64,000 bases of DNA from Terriglobia bacterium (lineage in GTDB: Bacteria > Acidobacteriota > Terriglobia > 2-12-FULL-54-10), in assembly GCA_963666975.2 (NCBI GenBank), contig CAXVYR010000003.1, positions 480,001 through 544,000 of the forward strand, in the 5' to 3' direction. The number at the start of each line of letters is the position of its first letter. Within the stretch, counting starts at the first letter, position 1. A program made the translations under genes and the position numbers. The notes below the pieces were generated by a model, which saw only the letters and a program-made list of their open reading frames with translations, was not told where the DNA came from and did no database searches. This document shows, piece by piece, positions 58,186 to 64,000 of this stretch.

Positions 58186-58806
58186 TTATTTTGTTTCCGT
58201 TGCAGCGGAAGACGGGTGAACGGCGGTTACCTCCTTCAGATGGCGCTCATAGGATTCCTGCTTCCAGGATTCCGGCACTACACCGATCCCGTCGGAAATC
58301 CGGTTCATGAAATTGAAATAGGCTACAATCGCCACCGCATCGAAGATGTTCTGATCCGTAAAGTCGGCGCCCCTCAGGCTGTCGATGTCTTCTGCAACCA
58401 CGTCGCCAGGGGTGTCGTTCAGCTTGCGCGCAAAGCCCAGCAAAACACGGTCCTTGTCATCCAGGCTTGCCAGCGCCCAGTGATCTTGCTGCAAGGCGGC
58501 AACCAGGGCATGATCGTGGGTGGCGGCGCGGAGAAACTCTCCGTGGGAGACTATTCAGTAGTGGCAGTGGTTCCAACTGGAGACGGCCGTCGAGAGCATC
58601 TCCTCCCAGCGGCGGCCCAGTGAGCTGCCCCCGAAGGTGACTTGATCCGTCAGCCGAAGGACCGCCTGCAATACTCCAGGCTTCATGCTGAAAGCCTGCA
58701 GAATCGGTGAAGGCCGCTTCAATTTCCGTTTCTTTTTAATCTCCTCGTAGGTTTCTTTTAACTCTCCCGTGGCTTGATTTTCATCAATGATCGGCAAGTA
58801 ACCCAT
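58186..58806 (-). CDS. Probable selenoprotein: AhpD/carboxymuconolactone-decarboxylase-like peroxidase-related enzyme (CxxU)
   Basis: EMLSTAVSSWNHCHY-TGA(58555-58557)-IVSHGEFLR, continuing in frame to AYFNFMNRI; hairpin downstream of the UGA. Confidence 0.85.
58529..58557 (-). promoter_or_regulatory. Putative bacterial SECIS element
   Basis: UGA-AUAGUCUCCCA-CGGAGA-GUU-UCUCCG: 6-bp stem whose loop starts with G 18 nt after the UGA. Confidence 0.6.
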
Positions 58807-58868
58807 GATGTCTCCGGGTTGAGTATGCTGAGTGGCTTCTGCGATACAACTATACCAGAATGCAGTGC

Positions 58869-58898
58869 TTGCCTCGAACGAAAGATGCGGCGTATAAT
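58869..58898 (+). promoter_or_regulatory. Putative sigma70 promoter
   Basis: TTGCCT, 18 bp, TATAAT, upstream of the GAF gene. Confidence 0.5.
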
Positions 58899-58967
58899 AG
58901 TGGCTTTCGATACAATTACCAGATGCATTCTTCTTCGATTGATATTCTTCTTCTGTATCGAGGCGGT

Positions 58968-59507
58968 ATGACGAACGGTGCAACAGCGTCACCTACCAGC
59001 GAGGTCGCTCGGCTGATCAACGATGTCCTCAAGGGCGGGAAGGGGCTCGCCGATGAATCGACGGGAAAAATTGTGCAAGAACTGGCCAAACTCTTCTCGG
59101 TCGAGCTGGATGAGGTGGCCATCCTGCAACTCTCCACCGACGGCAGAGTTCTCAGCTTTCTCCATCCTTTTAAGCTGAAGCAAATGGGGAGCATCCCGCT
59201 GAGCACGACCAACTCGCTGGCGGTGCGTACGGTAAGAGAAAAGCGTCCGGAGATGATCAACAACTTCCCGGCTCAGAAGCATCCTACTATTTTTGAGGCG
59301 GTCGGGCTGGACCCCAAAAAGAAAGAGCGGGAGCCGATTCAGAAAATCATCAGCGCTCCTTTGCTGCTCGATTCAAAACCCGTCGGGGTCATTCAGATTT
59401 CCCGCAAAGGGAAATCCCTGCAGACGGCGGGAGCCGACTTTACCATACGCGACCTCACCTCCCTGATGACCACAGCGGGGATGCTGGCGAAATGCTTTAA
59501 GAAATAG
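58968..59507 (+). CDS. Stand-alone GAF-domain protein
   Basis: IISAPLL...VGVIQI...FT..DL..L GAF C-terminal signature; GAGG RBS. Confidence 0.8.
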   Translation: MTNGATASPTSEVARLINDVLKGGKGLADESTGKIVQELAKLFSVELDEVAILQLSTDGRVLSFLHPFKLKQMGSIPLSTTNSLAVRTVREKRPEMINNFPAQKHPTIFEAVGLDPKKKEREPIQKIISAPLLLDSKPVGVIQISRKGKSLQTAGADFTIRDLTSLMTTAGMLAKCFKK

Positions 59508-59645
59508 TCCAGAGAGCGATTCCTGGCTTTTGAACCGCTGATTCACATCCCAACCGCAGATTCTCAACAGGAAAAGTTACAGCCGCCGTAAGTGCACTGG
59601 CAGTTATTGCCGGATGGTTTGCTTTCTCTCGATTGTTGCGGCTCG

Positions 59646-60836
59646 CTAATGGGCAGGCGCTTGCAATGCCTTCTCTGCCGCCGCTACCCCGGCCCCACGA
59701 TCCAAAGAAAAACCGCTATCAGCCAGAACAGACTCCAGGGCGCTGAGCAGCAGCAGGACGCAGGAGGGAGTCGCCGTCAGTCCCATCAGGCCGATGCGCC
59801 AGATCTGGCCTTTCAATTTATCCAGGCCTCCGGCAATGTCGATGCCGAATCGGTTCAAAAGGCTCGTCCGGATGCGCGCGTCGTCCACTCCAGCCGGGAT
59901 GCGGATGGTATTTACAGTCCATGCGCGGGCTGCGGGGTCTTCGACGAACATTTTCAATCCCAAAGCTTCCACTCCCTGAACCAGCGCCAAGTGACTCTGT
60001 TGATGCCTGGCCCAAGCCGACTCCATGCCTTCTTCCCGCAGCATCCGCAGGGCCTCGTGAAATCCAAACAGCATATTGACGGGCGGGGTGTGATGGTAGC
60101 GCCGTTCCTTCCCCCAGTATTGCTGGATCATGCTGAGGTCCAGATACCAGCTTTGCACGGGGTGCCGGCGTTGGGAGATGACCTGAGCTGCCCGCTCGCT
60201 GACGGTGATGGGAGCCAAGCCAGGAGGGCAAGCAAGACATTTTTGAGAGCCGCTGTAGCAAATATCCAGATTCCATAGGTCGGTTTCCAGCGGCAGTCCT
60301 CCCAGCGAGGAAACCGTGTCGACCACCATCAGAGCGCCGCACTCCTGAGCGATTGCGCGCAAAGGCTCCAGCGGCTGGCAGACCCCGGTGGAGGTTTCGC
60401 TGTGAACCGCCGCCAGAACCTTCACCTTTTTTCCCCTGACGGCTTTGCGAATTTGGTCCGGATCGGGAGCTGCTTCCCAGGGAACATCAATGCGGATCAG
60501 CTTGCCGCCGCACCGCTCTACGATTTCGCACATGCGCGCGGCAAAAACCCCGCCCACAATCACTGCTGCGGTGTCCCCGGGCTCAAGTAAGTTGACCAGC
60601 GCGGCCTCCATGCCGGCGCTGCCGGTTCCCGAAAGAGGAAACGTGATGGAGTTCTGGGTTCGGAAGGCATAGCGCAACATCTCGTGCAGTTGGTCCAAAA
60701 TCTGCAGGAAGGCGGGATCGAGCAGGCTGACCACGGGCTGGATCATGGCGCGGTATACGCGCGGGTCCACCTCGCTGGGGCCCGGCCCCATCAGCAGGCG
60801 TTTGGGAATATTCACAGGGAGGAAGTTGTCAGCCAT
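59646..60836 (-). CDS. Alanine--glyoxylate/serine--pyruvate aminotransferase (class V PLP)
   Basis: LMGPGPS, GTGSAGMEA, HSETSTG, DTVSS, SQKCL and WRIGLMG motifs. Confidence 0.93.
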   Translation of the reverse strand: MADNFLPVNIPKRLLMGPGPSEVDPRVYRAMIQPVVSLLDPAFLQILDQLHEMLRYAFRTQNSITFPLSGTGSAGMEAALVNLLEPGDTAAVIVGGVFAARMCEIVERCGGKLIRIDVPWEAAPDPDQIRKAVRGKKVKVLAAVHSETSTGVCQPLEPLRAIAQECGALMVVDTVSSLGGLPLETDLWNLDICYSGSQKCLACPPGLAPITVSERAAQVISQRRHPVQSWYLDLSMIQQYWGKERRYHHTPPVNMLFGFHEALRMLREEGMESAWARHQQSHLALVQGVEALGLKMFVEDPAARAWTVNTIRIPAGVDDARIRTSLLNRFGIDIAGGLDKLKGQIWRIGLMGLTATPSCVLLLLSALESVLADSGFSLDRGAGVAAAEKALQAPAH

Positions 60837-60907
60837 TCGGTTCTCCTCTATCTTTATAATTATGATTTTCCAGTTCAGCGGTTCTACGGGTTTTTGGGCT
60901 CAGAGAA

Positions 60908-62008
60908 TTACCCTTGCCCTCCGGTATCTCCTTGAACCTCTTCTTGGTATTCGATCCCATCCATATCCAATTCTATGCCAGCCCCTTTTTCCCGGGCCAA
61001 CTGATAAATACGGGCTCCGAGCGCCACGTCACAGACTCCTTGGCCGGCGTTGTTCTTGAACAAGGTGATCTGTTCGGGATCGGTGCGGCCGGGCGCTTTG
61101 CCGGAGAAAATCTCAGGAAGTTCCCAAATTTGGTCCCAACTGAGAAGCCCTCTCTCCACACGGTCATAAATATCGGCTTGCTGATCCTGCTGCGCTTGTT
61201 CCCGGGAACAGAGCACAATACGGTCCGCGCGCCGGATAGTTTCATCATCCAACTCCCGGCGTTTTTTGCTGACGAACCCGCCACGCAGCAGCCCCACGTT
61301 GCTTGCCACGATGGATACTACGTGCGTGCCCGGCTGTAACCATGCGCCGTCCATCACCGGAACATTGGAGTTGGTGGCCGCCACCACGATGTCGGCGCCC
61401 TCGACGGCTTCCCGTGCGCTGCGTACCGCTTCTATTTCGATCCCCGGGGTTGCCATCGTGCGGGCAAAGGCACTGCGGTTCTCCGGGTTGCGGCTATAAA
61501 CTTTCACGGTTGTGAACAAATAAAGCTGCTGAAGGGCCAGTAGATGGTATTTCGCCTGAGCGCCCGCACCCAGCAATCCGATCCGGCGTGAGTCAGGCCG
61601 GGCGAGTTGCTTGGTTCCGACCGCGCTGGTGGCCGCCGTGCGCAAAGCCGTCACGCCGTTCAGGGGAAGTTCTTTCGGCTGCGGTTCTCCCACCAGGATT
61701 GCCGTCAGTTCTCCGGTCTGGGTGCTGTAAAGCACATGGACAGGCCGGCCTCGCAGACGATACCGCTGGGTGCCGTCACCCTGGATGCTTACATGCTCGC
61801 AATGAGTCATCAATCCTGTGGCCTCTAGTTTAGGCACCCCACCCTGATGCACGCTCACACGCACTCCGGAAGGAACATGAATCCGCCGCCGGGGAGCATT
61901 GATTTCCGGCAACTCCGCCCATTGCCGGAAACTTTCCTCCACTGCCTCAATCGCCTCTTTCATGCTGATCAGCTGGCGCATCTCGCCGGGACGAATCAAA
62001 AGGACCAT
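60908..62008 (-). CDS. Ornithine cyclodeaminase/mu-crystallin family protein
   Basis: TALRTAATSA, GAGAQA, ADIVVAAT and GRT...ITLFK motifs. Confidence 0.9.
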   Translation of the reverse strand: MVLLIRPGEMRQLISMKEAIEAVEESFRQWAELPEINAPRRRIHVPSGVRVSVHQGGVPKLEATGLMTHCEHVSIQGDGTQRYRLRGRPVHVLYSTQTGELTAILVGEPQPKELPLNGVTALRTAATSAVGTKQLARPDSRRIGLLGAGAQAKYHLLALQQLYLFTTVKVYSRNPENRSAFARTMATPGIEIEAVRSAREAVEGADIVVAATNSNVPVMDGAWLQPGTHVVSIVASNVGLLRGGFVSKKRRELDDETIRRADRIVLCSREQAQQDQQADIYDRVERGLLSWDQIWELPEIFSGKAPGRTDPEQITLFKNNAGQGVCDVALGARIYQLAREKGAGIELDMDGIEYQEEVQGDTGGQG

Positions 62009-62146
62009 GTTTTCCTCCAAGCGTTGAGACTTTATCATGCCGGGCTTGCACTTCCAACCACGCAATCGCGGGAAGCGGAGGAAAGCGTACCGATATCAGG
62101 TTATGTCAGAAACAACGTTTTAGGCGCGCCCTCCAGCTGCTCCCGC

Positions 62147-62176
62147 TTGACAAACCGATTCTCACCTGTATAGATT
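62147..62176 (+). promoter_or_regulatory. Putative sigma70 promoter of dprA-topA
   Basis: TTGACA (62147-62152) followed at 16-18 bp by TATAGA/TAGATT. Confidence 0.55.
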
Positions 62177-62202
62177 TTCTCCGACTTGCAAAGAGGGGAA
62201 AC

Positions 62203-63345
62203 TTGACGGCACCTGGCAAAAAAACAGAAGAGGAGATGCATTGGTTAGCCTTGCGATTGGTTCCCGGCCTGGGCACACGGGTTGCCCTGCGCTTGGTAGA
62301 AGCTCTTGGGTCCGCCCTGGACGTATTCCGCGCTTCTTCAACCGAGCTGGAGGCTCTGGGCGTCTCCTCCCACGTTGTTCGGAACATCGCGGCAGGCACG
62401 GTGTATGAGGAAGCAATCCGCGAGGCCGAGAGGGCCAGGCAACTGGGGATATCGTTTCTGACCTTCAGAAGTTCAGATTATCCTCAGTTGCTGAAAGAAA
62501 TATTTGATCCCCCGTTGCTTCTTTATGCGCAGGGGAATATCGACTTACTGAAATCGCCGGGCTTGGCAATCGTCGGAGCGCGCAAACCCACCGCCTATGG
62601 GAGAGCGATCACCGGAAGACTGGCTTCCGATTTGGCGAACCGTGGTCTAACCATCGTCAGCGGCTTGGCGCGGGGCATCGATTCAACCGCGCATCGCGGC
62701 GCTTTGGATGCGGGCGGGAAAACCATCGGAGTGCTGGGTTCCGGCATTGACGTGGTTTATCCGGCGGAGAGCAAAAAACTGTTTGCCGAGATTGCCGAGA
62801 AGGGACTGCTGCTGTCGGAGTTTACGGTCGGCTCGTTTCCAGCGCCGCAAAACTTCCCGATTCGCAACCGGATCATCAGCGGTCTCTCGCTGGGTGTCGT
62901 GATTGTGGAGGCGGCCCAGTACAGCGGATCGCTGATTACGGCGCGGCTGGCGATGGAACAAAACCGGGAAGTTTTTGCAGTACCTGGTTCGCTCACCAAC
63001 CGTTTCAGTTGGGGGCCGCACATTCTCATCAAACAGGGAGCAAAGCTGGTGCAAGATTGGCGTGATATAGTGGAAGAACTGCCTGCGAAAGTGCGCCAGG
63101 AGCTTTCTTCCCCGCAGGATGCAACGGAAAGCGCGGATAAGGCATCTTTATCTGCTGAATCTCTTTCGGCACCGGGGAAAGCAATATATGACTTGCTGAA
63201 AGTCGATGAACCCGTTCATATTGATGAGGTTTTGGATGCTCTGCCGCAATTTTCCTCTTCGCTGATTCTGGCGAATTTGCTCGATTTGGAGTTCAGGAGC
63301 TTGGTGCGGCAGTTGCCGGGAAAAAATTTTGTGAAAACTTTATAG
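62203..63345 (+). CDS. dprA: DNA-processing protein DprA
   Basis: AIVGAR, IVSGLARGID, FPIRNRIISG, SGSLITA and REVFAVPG motifs. Confidence 0.96.
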   Translation: MTAPGKKTEEEMHWLALRLVPGLGTRVALRLVEALGSALDVFRASSTELEALGVSSHVVRNIAAGTVYEEAIREAERARQLGISFLTFRSSDYPQLLKEIFDPPLLLYAQGNIDLLKSPGLAIVGARKPTAYGRAITGRLASDLANRGLTIVSGLARGIDSTAHRGALDAGGKTIGVLGSGIDVVYPAESKKLFAEIAEKGLLLSEFTVGSFPAPQNFPIRNRIISGLSLGVVIVEAAQYSGSLITARLAMEQNREVFAVPGSLTNRFSWGPHILIKQGAKLVQDWRDIVEELPAKVRQELSSPQDATESADKASLSAESLSAPGKAIYDLLKVDEPVHIDEVLDALPQFSSSLILANLLDLEFRSLVRQLPGKNFVKTL

Positions 63346-63393
63346 AGGAAATGCCGATCTAAAATAGGGCACAATTGCAAAAGTTAGGTATCT

Positions 63394-64000
63394 ATGGCGA
63401 AGGTAACAAAGGCGGCGAAGACAACAAAGACAAAAACTGCGACCAAAACAAAAGTAAAGGCAAAGGGAGCCTCCCTGGCTGGCGACAAGACAACGGGAAG
63501 CAGGTCGGAGGGCAAATTCCTGGTCATTGTCGAGTCGCCGGCAAAAGCTAAGACCATCAATCGCTACCTGGGTGGGAACTACTTGGTGAAGGCATCCCTG
63601 GGGCATGTCAAGGATTTGCCCCGGAAGAAACTTGGAGTGGACGTGGAAGATAACTTTCGTCCCACCTACGAGGAGATTCCTTCCAAGGCGAAGGTCATTC
63701 GCGAACTCAAAGAAACGGCCAAGAAAGCCAGCGTGATTTATCTGGCGGCGGACCCGGACCGGGAGGGCGAGGCGATTTGCCAGCATCTGGCCGAGGAGTT
63801 GCGAAACGGCAAGAAGGTTCATCGGGTTACTTTCAACGAAATTACTCGCAGTTCCATCCGAAAGGCTTTTGAGAATCCGGGGGTGATAGACGAGAAGTTG
63901 GTGGCGGCCCAACAGGCGCGGCGAATCCTGGACCGGCTGGTGGGCTATCAGGTTAGCCCCTTGCTGTGGGACAAAGTGCGCAGAGGTATCTCGGCGGGCC
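63394..64000 (+). CDS. topA: DNA topoisomerase I, 5' part (runs off the window)
   Basis: Manual translation: [54 protein letters not shown]; not in the ORF track because no stop falls in the window. Confidence 0.96.
   Translation, partial: MAKVTKAAKTTKTKTATKTKVKAKGASLAGDKTTGSRSEGKFLVIVESPAKAKTINRYLGGNYLVKASLGHVKDLPRKKLGVDVEDNFRPTYEEIPSKAKVIRELKETAKKASVIYLAADPDREGEAICQHLAEELRNGKKVHRVTFNEITRSSIRKAFENPGVIDEKLVAAQQARRILDRLVGYQVSPLLWDKVRRGISAG

Noticed and set aside
1-64000. tRNA, rRNA, prophage, integrase or autonomous transposase
   Set aside because: No recognisable signatures by eye; small RNAs cannot be excluded without covariance-model searches.

Overview
A 64 kb, high-GC bacterial chromosomal segment, most likely from an Acidobacteriota (Terriglobia-like) genome. 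That placement is inferred from a Solibacter-type C-terminal domain protein, Acidobacteria-style REP palindromes and gene order. Content is mostly housekeeping: dapA/dapD, rsmI, dgt, yceD-rpmF-plsX-fabD-fabG, valS-birA-coaX, rlmD, ispDF and dprA-topA. It also holds a glycosyltransferase/wecB cluster, an LPS core operon (waaA-lpxK-waaF-gmhB-waaC plus an ICMT-type methyltransferase and a DUF3108 protein), bacillithiol genes (bshB1-bshA) and three transformation genes (comM, comEC, dprA). No rRNA, tRNA, CRISPR array, integrase or transposase was seen. Main findings: (1) a hidden probable selenoprotein at 58186-58806, an AhpD/CMD-type peroxidase-like gene split by an in-frame UGA exactly at the second position of its CxxC motif (CHYU) and followed by a bSECIS-like hairpin; (2) a lower-GC Schlafen/AlbA_2-HATPase + ParA-ATPase two-gene cassette next to comM, a candidate defence module in which both genes carry lesions; (3) a candidate pseudoknotted leader RNA that hides the rpmF ribosome-binding site; (4) a 132-bp MITE with terminal inverted repeats and a 4-bp target duplication, plus a second composite MITE/REP cluster; (5) many inactivating lesions confined to dispensable genes while essential genes stay intact. 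All family calls come from reading motifs by eye; no database searches were run.
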